NCBI GenBank assembly: GCA_037130415.1
Contig: JBAXTA010000001.1
Span: 1 to 62,017 of the forward strand
Direction: 5' to 3'
Length of the DNA stretch: 62,017 nt
DNA from: Spirochaetota bacterium
GTDB lineage: Bacteria > Spirochaetota > Spirochaetia > Treponematales > Rectinemataceae
Position 1 is the stretch's first letter, and every line of letters starts with the position of its first letter. The notes beneath the pieces were generated by a model. That model did not search any database. It was not told where the DNA came from and saw only the letters and a program-made list of their open reading frames with translations. Below are positions 26,730 to 35,401 of this stretch, in pieces. A program made the translations under genes and the position numbers.

Positions 26730-27176
26730 ATGGAAACACAGGCATGGATAGGAATGGCAGCCCTCGTGGCTGCTCTCGCCCTCATGGCGGTTGTGGCTGT
26801 CCTCGCATTCAGCCTGGGCCGGTCGAGGGGTCGCGCTTCGGCAGAAGGCGCCATGGGCGACCTCGTCACCTCGGAGCGACGGGACGCCATCAAGCGCTCC
26901 CGCGCCGTCCTGGGCGGTCTCGCCGCTGAACAGCTTGCGCCCTGGCTTCCGGGCTTTCCCTGGAATCCGAGCGAGCTGCGCTTTATCGGAAAACCCATCG
27001 ACTTCCTTGTCTTCCGGGGCGCGGCCGAGGGCCGGGTAGACGAGGTGGTCTTTGTGGAGGTGAAGACAGGAGGGGCGACACTTTCAGGCGTCGAGCGGGC
27101 CCTGCGGGATGCCGTCCGCGAGAAGCGCGTGTCATGGTCGGAATGGCGCCCGCCTCAGGACCCGGCGGCACATTAG
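26730..27176 (+). CDS. Membrane-anchored endonuclease related to archaeal Holliday-junction resolvase (COG4741 / Endonuc_Holl-like)
   Basis: 148 aa. N-terminal TM (IGMAALVAALALMAVVAVLAF). C-terminal core GKPIDFLVFRG...VVFVEVKTG, a restriction-endonuclease-like D..(E/V)XK arrangement that I recall for this family. Confidence 0.5.
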   Translation: METQAWIGMAALVAALALMAVVAVLAFSLGRSRGRASAEGAMGDLVTSERRDAIKRSRAVLGGLAAEQLAPWLPGFPWNPSELRFIGKPIDFLVFRGAAEGRVDEVVFVEVKTGGATLSGVERALRDAVREKRVSWSEWRPPQDPAAH

Positions 27177-29380
27177 GTCTTGAAGCGGCCGGCTTCCCGC
27201 CCGAGCGTCTCGATGCTTGTTCCGGTCCTGCCAGCGGAGGCCGTCACCTCCATCGCTGCTTCGCCTATGGAACCGCTGGCCCGCGATACCTCGGCGACAA
27301 GCTCGAGAATCGTGCTGCTGGCGAAGGAGAGGGCCTTCATCTTCTCCTCGGCGGAAGCGGTCGCCTTCCTCATTCCCGCAGCGGCCCGCCTGATGGCACC
27401 GGTTCCCTCGTTTATGTCGCGCAATGCGGCCATGACCTGCGCCGATTCGTCGTTGTGTCCCGAGATCTCATGCCTCAGTTCGTCACCCAGGGTGCTGATC
27501 CGCGCGATCATGCCTTCGATGGACTGGAAGGAAGTATTGACCTCTTCCTGGGCATGCACTACCTCCTCGATGGCAGCGTGGATGCCCTGCAGCTCAGTCG
27601 CGGTCTTCCCGGCCTGGGCGCTGCTCTGCTCGGACAGGCCGCGGATCTCGTCGGCAACCACCATGAAACCGGCGCCTGCCTGACCCGCGTGCGCGGCCTC
27701 GATGGCAGCGTTCATGGCGAGGAAGTTCGTGCGCGCGGCTATCGTAGAGATCGCCGCGTTCGTGTCGATGAGCTTATGCGAACGGCGTACGATTTCGGAG
27801 GCTGCCTCGGTGGCGGCCGCTATCTTGCCCCTGCCCGAGTCCGACTGCCTGACGAGCCTCCCGAGTTCCTCGGCGACGAAATCGACGGATTTGCCCATGC
27901 TCTCAACGCTTGCGCCAATCTTTTCCAGGGCCTCGGTGCTTTGGCCTATGCCTGCTGCCTGGGATTCTATGGATGCGCCGAGGACAGCGATGCCTGACAT
28001 GATCTCGCCCACTGCGGAGGACATGGTGCCGACCTCCATGCTCTGGTTGGTGGCCAGTTCCATCGTGAGGGATGCCGAGGCCCTGATCCTTTCGACCTCG
28101 CCATCGACGGTTCGGACGCTTGTGGCCAGTACGGCTCCCTCGCGCCCCAGATCGGCGGCGCAGGATTGGATGCCACCGACCATCGCGGCGATGCTGCTTG
28201 CGAAATTGTTGAAGGAACGCGCCACGCTGCCGATCTCGTCGGAACTTCCCGCCTTGAGGCGTCGTGTCAGATCCCCGTCGCCGCTGGCGGCCTCGTGCAA
28301 TGCCGTGTCGAGCTTGCGCAGCGGCCTCAGGGAAGTTGTCGTTATAAATATGATGACAAGGATCAGGAGGGCAACTGCCAGGCCTCCGAGGAGCGCGGAA
28401 CGGATCGTTGCTCCTGCCACCGGGATGAGGATCTCGTCGTAGGGTATCGAGACGCAGAAGTACCAGCTGGGTTGGTTGCCTGTGGATTTCATGGGCTCGC
28501 CGATGGTCAGGGCGCGCTTGCCGGTGAACTCCGACTGGTCGATGAACATGACCGATTCCCGCCTGTCCATCCGGGCCACCAGGTCGAAGCGGCGGGCCAG
28601 ATCCGGGAGGGCCTCCGCGAGCTTTTCCCCTACAAGCTTTGCGTCGGGATGGGCCACGATCCTTCGGTCGCCCGAGACCATGAAGGCATAGCGCGAACCC
28701 TTGGCCAGACCGTTGGCGAAGTCCTGGATGGGCTCCAGCGAGTAATCAACCCCTGCAACGCCCATGAATTTCCCTCCGTCCAGGATCGGGACGCAGAAGG
28801 AGACTGCCTGCACAGTCTCGCCGCCAAGGCCTTCGAAGGAGTAGACATCCGTCAGATAATCTGTATTGGTCCTTTTGGGCTCGGTGTAGAAGGTGCCAAC
28901 GCTTCCTTCGGCGTCGAGCGTGGCGTAGTCCATGCTGTATTCGCCCTTGTCCTGGGTCCAGTAGGGGACGAACTGGCCTGATTTCGTATGACCTGGCTTG
29001 CCAGCGAAGGCCGCGTCGTTTCCGTCGAGGGCGTTCTTTTCGAAGATGTACCAGGTGCCATGCAGGCCCTTCTGCCGTGCGAAGATGGCCCTGGGAGCCT
29101 CTGTCAGGACATCCCGCCTGTGCTCCTTCGATATCGACCTGAAGGTCTCCGCGAAGGCGGCCAGGTCGCGGGAGATCTGCATGCCCGAGCTGAGGAACTC
29201 TGTTGCGGCGGCGGCACGCTCCTTCGCGGTGAGTTCCGCCTCGGCCTTGGCCGAGGCGAGGGCCCGGTTCCATGATTCCTGGCTTGTATAGAAAATGAGG
29301 ATACCGACTATGGCAATGACTGGAATGCCTATGGCAAAAGCGATGCGCGTCCTGATCGAGATGCTTTTTTTTCTCATCAT
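27173..29380 (-). CDS. Methyl-accepting chemotaxis protein with periplasmic dCache-type sensor and HAMP
   Basis: 735 aa. TM1, a Cache-like region (VPYWTQDKGEY..YTEPKRT..FMGVAGVDYSL), TM2, HAMP. Conserved MCP hairpin (ISTIAARTNFLAMNAAIEAAHAGQAGAGFMVVADEIRGLSEQS). Confidence 0.9.
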   Translation of the reverse strand: MMRKKSISIRTRIAFAIGIPVIAIVGILIFYTSQESWNRALASAKAEAELTAKERAAAATEFLSSGMQISRDLAAFAETFRSISKEHRRDVLTEAPRAIFARQKGLHGTWYIFEKNALDGNDAAFAGKPGHTKSGQFVPYWTQDKGEYSMDYATLDAEGSVGTFYTEPKRTNTDYLTDVYSFEGLGGETVQAVSFCVPILDGGKFMGVAGVDYSLEPIQDFANGLAKGSRYAFMVSGDRRIVAHPDAKLVGEKLAEALPDLARRFDLVARMDRRESVMFIDQSEFTGKRALTIGEPMKSTGNQPSWYFCVSIPYDEILIPVAGATIRSALLGGLAVALLILVIIFITTTSLRPLRKLDTALHEAASGDGDLTRRLKAGSSDEIGSVARSFNNFASSIAAMVGGIQSCAADLGREGAVLATSVRTVDGEVERIRASASLTMELATNQSMEVGTMSSAVGEIMSGIAVLGASIESQAAGIGQSTEALEKIGASVESMGKSVDFVAEELGRLVRQSDSGRGKIAAATEAASEIVRRSHKLIDTNAAISTIAARTNFLAMNAAIEAAHAGQAGAGFMVVADEIRGLSEQSSAQAGKTATELQGIHAAIEEVVHAQEEVNTSFQSIEGMIARISTLGDELRHEISGHNDESAQVMAALRDINEGTGAIRRAAAGMRKATASAEEKMKALSFASSTILELVAEVSRASGSIGEAAMEVTASAGRTGTSIETLGREAGRFKT

Positions 29381-29450
29381 GCCTCCATCACGTCCCCGGG
29401 TGGCTGGAGTCGATGATCCGGCGACCGGCCCGCGCCTTATTTCTCGTGCA

Positions 29451-31133
29451 TTATGGCTCGAGACGCAAGAATCGCTGCGCAGCGAAACGGGGATAGGCGG
29501 CGAAAAGGCCGGCGAAGGCGATCGCCGCCCCTCCCCCGTAGGCGAGGGTGAAGCCCGCGATCCCCAGGCTCAGGATGGTCGCCAGGTAGCCGAGTCCGCC
29601 TATCACGGCCATCGCTCCCAGCACGACGATGACAGAGTTCGGATTCTGCTTCATCGCCGCCACCGGATTGTCCCAGGAAAGCCGTGGATTCGCCGTGTCG
29701 ATCCACAGACCGGCCATGTTGGCGAGGGACGAAAAGGCAAAGGCGACCAGGACCGAGGCAGCAGCCTCCAGGAAGCCCAGACGCAGCACGAGGGCGAGGC
29801 CTCCCGCTCCGACAATGGCTCCAATGAGACCCCAGCCCAGCGCATGGACGAGCTTGGCAAGCATATAGTCCCGGACGCTCACCGGCAGCGCAAGAAGGGC
29901 CGGCAGGGCCTTGGCGTCGCGGGAAAGGGCGGTCGCCGCGATGCTCGTGGCTGAGCCGAGGAAGGCGCCGAAGGCAGCGCCAGCGAGGAAGCCCAGGGGG
30001 CCGCCGCGCACGGCCTCGAGGGCGACCGCGATGGAGGCCAGGTTGCCGCGTTGTGCGAACCAGGCAATGGCGAGGATGAGGGGCATGAGCAGCACTATGA
30101 AGGGACCATTGAGGAAGTACATCGGTTCGCGGTTCATCATCCGGCTTTCGCGGAGGACGAGGGCACGGAAGGCACCGCCCGCCAGGAAGCTGCGCGCAAC
30201 AAAGGTATGAGCCTGGCCCCTCCCGAGCCTCCGGAGGCTGCCTTCGCCGAAGGCCAGGACGCTGCGCGCCCAGTGGCCGGCGAAAAGGGCGAGGACAAGG
30301 CCCGTTGCCGCAAGGCCGAGGGCGAAGGAGGCTCCGACCCAGAGCAGGCCCTGCAGCCAATCGCCTGCCATCGCCAGCGAGAGCGCCTTGTAGGCGAACA
30401 GGGAGGGGGGCCAGGCCGTACCGAGGAGGTTCATCACCGTGCCAGGGCCAGCATAGTGCGCGAGCATCCAGGCGGGGTCGCCTAACTTCGTCAGGGAAGA
30501 CTGCACATAGAAGTTGAAGGCCAGGGCGAAGGCTACGCCCACGAAGCCTCCGGCCACCATGATGGCGTTCCGGCTCCGCATGAAGCGCGCCGCCGACATC
30601 AAGGGCACTATGATGATCCAGGCGATGGCGAGGGGGAGGAGGGGCAGGGCCAGCGAGGTCAGGATTCCGAGGATCCAGAAAGCGGGCGGCGGCCCTTCCT
30701 TGACTCCCAGGACCACGAGCTGCACGCCGACGAGGAAGACCGAGAAGGCAAATTCGGAGAGGTAGACCACGACGAAGCGCGCCGTGAAGAGCTGTCGGTT
30801 CCCGAGGGGCATCGCAAAGAGCTGACGGTCCGCGGCCGACTGGCTCCATCCGCTCAGGATCATGATGAAGCCCAGGGAAAAGACGGCCATCGAAGCCATG
30901 ATGGCAGAGTTCAGGAGGAGGAGACCCTCGAGCCCTTGGGGTTTGAGCGCGTCGTACTGGGCGAGGGCTGACATCACGAAGATGGCTGCAAGGTCGGCAC
31001 CGACCACGAGGAAAAGGAGGACCATCCCGGCGAGCTTCAGCCAATCCTTATAACTATGATAATCTGCGAGGGGCTTGAGGCCGAAGGTCGCCCTGGCCTG
31101 GAGGGCGACGAGGGCGGCGAAGGGGGTCTTCAT
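29451..31133 (-). CDS. Large polytopic ABC exporter permease (putative 'ABC exporter' / ABC-2-like family)
   Basis: 560 aa with many hydrophobic segments throughout. Its start forms an ATGA overlap with the stop of the upstream ABC ATPase (31130-31133). Confidence 0.6.
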   Translation of the reverse strand: MKTPFAALVALQARATFGLKPLADYHSYKDWLKLAGMVLLFLVVGADLAAIFVMSALAQYDALKPQGLEGLLLLNSAIMASMAVFSLGFIMILSGWSQSAADRQLFAMPLGNRQLFTARFVVVYLSEFAFSVFLVGVQLVVLGVKEGPPPAFWILGILTSLALPLLPLAIAWIIIVPLMSAARFMRSRNAIMVAGGFVGVAFALAFNFYVQSSLTKLGDPAWMLAHYAGPGTVMNLLGTAWPPSLFAYKALSLAMAGDWLQGLLWVGASFALGLAATGLVLALFAGHWARSVLAFGEGSLRRLGRGQAHTFVARSFLAGGAFRALVLRESRMMNREPMYFLNGPFIVLLMPLILAIAWFAQRGNLASIAVALEAVRGGPLGFLAGAAFGAFLGSATSIAATALSRDAKALPALLALPVSVRDYMLAKLVHALGWGLIGAIVGAGGLALVLRLGFLEAAASVLVAFAFSSLANMAGLWIDTANPRLSWDNPVAAMKQNPNSVIVVLGAMAVIGGLGYLATILSLGIAGFTLAYGGGAAIAFAGLFAAYPRFAAQRFLRLEP

Positions 31134-31891
31134 TGCCGCTCACCCTTGCCATCATCGACGAGGTCGAGGAAGAGTCCCTCCAGGTCCTCGTCGCCGGCCC
31201 TGGCATCCGTCTTGGAGCGGAGGGACCGCAGTTCGTCGATGGTCCCCGTGAACAAAAGTCGCCCGCGCGCGATGATCGCGATCCGGTCGCAGATCCGCTG
31301 GGCTACCTCGAGCACATGGGTCGAGAAGAACACGCATTTGCCCGCAGAGGCCCGAGCCCGCATGAGTTCCTTGAGGTCGAAGGCTGCCTGGGGGTCGAGC
31401 CCGACCATGGGCTCGTCGAGGATCCAGTTGCCCGGGTCGTGGATGAGGCTTCCTATGACGAAGAGCTTCTGTTTCATCCCCCGGCTGAAACTCCCGATGG
31501 ACGAGGCCAGCACGTCTGAGATGGCAAAGCGCTCGGAGAGTTCCTCCACGCGGGCGCGCCGGTCGGCAGTGCTGACGCGGTAGATGTCGCCCATGAAATC
31601 GAGGTACTCAGAGGCCTTCAGCTTGTTCCAGAGCTCGGGGTTGTCGGGGACGTAGCCGAAACGGAGCTTCGCTGCGATCGGGTCGGCCGCGAGGTCGATG
31701 CCGTCTATCCTCACCGAGCCTGCTTCGGGGGCCAGCACTCCGGTGACCATCTTCATGGTAGTGGTTTTTCCCGCTCCGTTCGGGCCGAGGAAGCCGAAGA
31801 TCTCTCCATCAAGGACCTCGAGGTCCACCGAATCGACAGCCTTCGACTCCGAGCGGGAATAGGTTTTGGAAAGGCCTTGCAGACGCAGCAT
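31130..31891 (-). CDS. ABC transporter ATP-binding protein (ABC-2 / exporter type)
   Basis: 253 aa. Walker A GPNGAGKTT, signature-like FSRGMKQKL, Walker B WILDEP. Confidence 0.9.
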   Translation of the reverse strand: MLRLQGLSKTYSRSESKAVDSVDLEVLDGEIFGFLGPNGAGKTTTMKMVTGVLAPEAGSVRIDGIDLAADPIAAKLRFGYVPDNPELWNKLKASEYLDFMGDIYRVSTADRRARVEELSERFAISDVLASSIGSFSRGMKQKLFVIGSLIHDPGNWILDEPMVGLDPQAAFDLKELMRARASAGKCVFFSTHVLEVAQRICDRIAIIARGRLLFTGTIDELRSLRSKTDARAGDEDLEGLFLDLVDDGKGERQ

Positions 31892-31893
31892 GC

Positions 31894-33216
31894 TCAGTTC
31901 TCCCTTATGATGATCTCGACGCGCCGGTTGCGCGCCATTCCCTCTTCTGTAGTGTTGTCGGCGACCGGGCGCTCTGCACCCAGGCCCTGGATCTGTATGC
32001 GCGCAGCCTCGCGGGCTCCGAGCTGGACGAGGCGCTCCGCGACGCTGCGGGCACGCTCCTCGGAAAGCTTCTTCCTGCCCTCGGCCGTACCGGCAAGGGC
32101 GCTGTGACCCTCTACAATGATGTCGCGCTCAGGATAGGCTTTCAGCAGTTCCGCGATCCGGTCGATCTTGCCGAGCTCCGGGACGGCGAGGGTCGCCGAA
32201 TCGGCGGAGAAGTGGATGTTCTCGAGTGAGATGGAGATTCCCTCAGGTACCTCCTTCACGGTGACGTCACTCAGGCCCGACATCGCCTCTTCAACCTGCT
32301 TTTTCATTTCAGCCCGGTCCATCTGGCTCGACTCGACGACGCTCGACGAGGCTGTGCCGCGCCACTCCATGTTCGTGCCATCGGAGAGGTCGAAGACGAT
32401 GCGGAAGCGCTCCTCGTAGGCGATGGCCTGCCCGAGCGCGGGGTCCCACCATATCTTCTCGTCGGAAAAGCCCGAGACCTCGGTGGGCCAGGCTCCAGTC
32501 CATATGGACGGTTCGGGGGCTTCGCGGAAAAAGGAATAATTGGCTGTAATCAGGCGGGCTGGCCTGCCCTCGCGCATGACCTCGCCCTCGTAGCGGTAGC
32601 GGCACTCGAAGGGGATGACATAGGGCTCGGGAATCCCGAGGGCCTGGCGGAGGTCGTGACGCTCCTGTCCGGGAGCGTTCCAGCTTTCACCGGGCGCAAG
32701 TTGCCTGTCGGGAAAGACCGGGACGTCGCGCACGACGGGCATGAAATACTTCGCGTCGATCGTGTATTTCCCGAAGTTGTCGCGCCAGAAGTCCGAGTCA
32801 TATTCTCCGATGACGACGTAGCCCGACCCACCTGGCCTCCGCTCTGAAGTAACGAAGCTGCCCGAGAGGCGGCCCGAGGCTCCGTCCGGCGCGGCTTCCG
32901 TTATCGAGTAGGCAATGCGGTTGAGGATCTCGGACTTGCCGACGCTCAGGTGATTGGCGAGGACCTCCTCCGAGACCGTGGACAGGACCCTGAAGCGGTC
33001 GCCCTGGTGATAGGTATAGCTGAAGCGGACCGGGCCGCCGGGGGCCGCGCTGCCAGTCTGGCCTCCGGCAGCTGGTTGCACGGCGGCGGGGGACTGCGCG
33101 GAAAGGAAGGCTGCGACAAAGGCCAGGCAGGCGGCGAGGGGGAATCGCACGCGGCCTCGGAACGGGGCCGCAAGGGAGGCACGCGGGAGGTCCGGCAGCC
33201 TGGGGGAAAGGCCCAT
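31894..33216 (-). CDS. OmpA-family peptidoglycan-binding protein with a large unassigned N-terminal domain
   Basis: The ORF track extends to 33564. ATG 33216 gives MGLSPRLP..FPLAACLAFVAAFLSAQS (signal peptide). The C-terminal OmpA_C motif is present (IIVEGHSA..GRKKLSEERARSVAERLV..GAERPVADNTTEEGMARNRRVEIII). Confidence 0.8.
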   Translation of the reverse strand: MGLSPRLPDLPRASLAAPFRGRVRFPLAACLAFVAAFLSAQSPAAVQPAAGGQTGSAAPGGPVRFSYTYHQGDRFRVLSTVSEEVLANHLSVGKSEILNRIAYSITEAAPDGASGRLSGSFVTSERRPGGSGYVVIGEYDSDFWRDNFGKYTIDAKYFMPVVRDVPVFPDRQLAPGESWNAPGQERHDLRQALGIPEPYVIPFECRYRYEGEVMREGRPARLITANYSFFREAPEPSIWTGAWPTEVSGFSDEKIWWDPALGQAIAYEERFRIVFDLSDGTNMEWRGTASSSVVESSQMDRAEMKKQVEEAMSGLSDVTVKEVPEGISISLENIHFSADSATLAVPELGKIDRIAELLKAYPERDIIVEGHSALAGTAEGRKKLSEERARSVAERLVQLGAREAARIQIQGLGAERPVADNTTEEGMARNRRVEIIIREN

Positions 33217-33217
33217 C

Positions 33218-33949
33218 TCAGCGCTTCCAGACGAGGCGGAACTCCATCGGCTTGTCAAGGACGAGGAGGTCGATGATGGGAATTGTGAGTTTCCAGGCAG
33301 CACCGATGACGATTCCACCGGACTGGGACTGGATCGGGCCCGGGACCGTGACTGAAATATCGAGATGCCCGGCGTCGATGGCAGGCATGGCGGTTTTTCC
33401 CAGGACGCCGGTGAGCGCCTCGTGGTACTCGTCGCGGCTCCAGTCCCCTCCCTCGATGGCGGGCGGGGCGAGGGCTTCGATGACGTCCGCAGCGATGCCT
33501 GGCACCAGGGCTGCGAGGGCGGCAGCGCCCTTCCTGTCGAGCCTGATGCTGAGTTCGGCTGCATCGCCGTTCCGCGTGAGCCTTGCCGGCCCCTTCCCCT
33601 GCTCGCCGATGCCTGCCAACAGTGCGCTAAAGTCGGTGGTCGAAAGTGTTGCCGTCAAGGAATCCACGTCGGGATTGGCCAGGGCGTCGACTGACAGCCC
33701 GACCCGGGCAGCGAGGGATTTTCGTATCGAATGAAGGTCGAAGACAGGGCTGCCAGGCGTCAGCTTGCCGATGGCCCGCAGCTTGGCCGCGAGGGCCTTT
33801 GGCATCGTGGCCTTGATGTCGATGTCAGCGCTTCCGTCCTTTGCGATGGTCGTCGCAATCCCTGCCTGGCAAGCTGACAGGAGGAGGGCCAGCGCGATGG
33901 CGGCCGGCAGCATTCTCCTGAAGGCAGTGCCCGCTCCAGCCACGCTCAT
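33218..33949 (-). CDS. Hypothetical lipoprotein
   Basis: 243 aa. Signal plus lipobox (AIALALLLSAC). Its start forms an ATGA overlap with the cyclase stop (33946-33949). Its stop lies 1 nt before the OmpA-like start. Confidence 0.55.
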   Translation of the reverse strand: MSVAGAGTAFRRMLPAAIALALLLSACQAGIATTIAKDGSADIDIKATMPKALAAKLRAIGKLTPGSPVFDLHSIRKSLAARVGLSVDALANPDVDSLTATLSTTDFSALLAGIGEQGKGPARLTRNGDAAELSIRLDRKGAAALAALVPGIAADVIEALAPPAIEGGDWSRDEYHEALTGVLGKTAMPAIDAGHLDISVTVPGPIQSQSGGIVIGAAWKLTIPIIDLLVLDKPMEFRLVWKR

Positions 33950-35205
33950 TTAAGGCCGTACACAGGAACGGGGAGGGTGCTGTTACGGAGCAGGACCTCA
34001 CCGAGCCTGTCGAAACGCGATTGCGAATCGATGCCGAGCTGCGAGAAGACCGCCTGGGTAATGAGGACCTCCTGCTTGAACTCGCGGCAGAGCGAGTCCA
34101 GACGCGCTGCCACCGAGACCGCGTCGCCGAAGACGCTGATCCGGCGCTTGCCCGGCAAGCCGAGGGAAGCGGCGACGATGGTCCCACCGTGGATGCCGAC
34201 GCTGACACCCGTGAAGGGGGGCAGCGATGCGAACTGAAGCTCCTCACGGAAGCCGGGCATGGCCTCGAAGAAGGCCGAGGCCGCAGCGACCGCTTCCTCG
34301 GCAGCGTTCCGCGAACCCAGGAGACCGAACACGAGGATCACCGAGTCGCCCGTGATTCCGACGACCTCGCCGCCGTGCTTTTCCGCCACGAGGCCCCAGA
34401 GCGAATAGTACTTGTTGAGGACATCGACCGCGCTTGCCGCGCTGAGCCGCGAAGCGAAGCCAGTGAAGTCGAGAATGTCCCCGGAGAGCACGACTGCCTG
34501 CACCTCCTCGCTGATGACCGGTGCCGGCCTTGGAATCTTCGCGGCAAGGCGGTCCTCCCCAAAGAGGGCGGCGATGCGCTCGTGCAGCGACAATACGCGC
34601 ACCCTGTTGGCCAGGAGGAGGGTCGCGAAGGTCGCGCTACCGAAGGCGAAAAAGGCATGCTGGGGAGAGCCGACAAAGGTGAGGAAGGCGTGGGGGAAGG
34701 CCGTGACATCCAGGGCTTTGCGGAAATTCGCCAGGGTGATGGCGCCCGTGCCCAGGGCCGCCGAAAGCCCCACCCGGAGGTCAAGGTAGAAGTAGAGGAA
34801 CACAAACATGACTATCGAACCAATTGCGAGCATTATTTCCGCGATGCCGTTGACCACCCGGTTCCTGCCCGCGATCGTCAGGGCCTGGAAAAGGCCTACA
34901 TACAAGGCTCCGCCCCACAGGAAGATGTGGCCCATGTCGGTCAGGATGAAGCCACCGTTCAGGCTTCGCACGAGGGCATATCCCGCTGGGGTAATGAAGG
35001 AATAGATGACACGCAGGAAGGGGTCATGGCCCTGCACCGCCAGGAGGCCGATCTGGATCACCACAAATCCGGCAATGAGCCAGAACGAGGTGCCGGGGAG
35101 GGCGTCCGCCGAGGGAATGAGGGCGAGCATCGCCACAAAGAAGGCGATCAGCTGGCTGGAGTAGAGGAGGGACTCCTCAAAAAAGCGTTTCAGCCAGGAA
35201 CGCAT
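33946..35205 (-). CDS. Membrane-bound class III adenylate/guanylate cyclase
   Basis: 419 aa. About 6 N-terminal TM segments. C-terminal cyclase homology domain (AVVLSGDILDFTGFAS..GDSVILVFG..GVSVGIHGGTIVAASLG..RRISVFGDAVSVAARL). Confidence 0.8.
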   Translation of the reverse strand: MRSWLKRFFEESLLYSSQLIAFFVAMLALIPSADALPGTSFWLIAGFVVIQIGLLAVQGHDPFLRVIYSFITPAGYALVRSLNGGFILTDMGHIFLWGGALYVGLFQALTIAGRNRVVNGIAEIMLAIGSIVMFVFLYFYLDLRVGLSAALGTGAITLANFRKALDVTAFPHAFLTFVGSPQHAFFAFGSATFATLLLANRVRVLSLHERIAALFGEDRLAAKIPRPAPVISEEVQAVVLSGDILDFTGFASRLSAASAVDVLNKYYSLWGLVAEKHGGEVVGITGDSVILVFGLLGSRNAAEEAVAAASAFFEAMPGFREELQFASLPPFTGVSVGIHGGTIVAASLGLPGKRRISVFGDAVSVAARLDSLCREFKQEVLITQAVFSQLGIDSQSRFDRLGEVLLRNSTLPVPVYGLK

Positions 35206-35338
35206 GGCTTTCTCAGCGTCGTCATGGAGACATTATATATTGTATGGGCTGGACAGGCAAAGCGTCATTCTGGCCGACAGGCTGCTGGAATTGAGATCTT
35301 TCTACAATAAAAGAGTCATAGCCTTCTGGGAATACCGC

Positions 35339-35367
35339 TTGACTCTCCATTTCGGAAAGCCAATATT
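35339..35367 (+). promoter_or_regulatory. Putative sigma70-like promoter of the peptide-type ABC operon
   Basis: TTGACT (35339-35344), a 17-nt spacer, then AATATT (35362-35367). AGGAGG RBS at 35392-35397, before ATG 35402. Confidence 0.35.
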
Positions 35368-35401
35368 CTGTGTCACGTTTATCCGCCAATCAGGAGGCAC
35401 T

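Noticed and set aside
29437-31044. 535-aa minus-strand ORF in an alternative frame of the exporter permease
   Set aside because: It is on the same strand as the 29451-31133 ORF but out of frame with it. Its translation is Arg/Pro/Gly-rich, whereas the chosen frame gives regular hydrophobic TM segments and an ATGA coupling to the ATPase gene.
34021-35310. 429-aa plus-strand ORF
   Set aside because: It is antisense to the membrane cyclase gene, highly charged (E/R/G/D), and has no motifs. The cyclase frame has the class III catalytic motifs.
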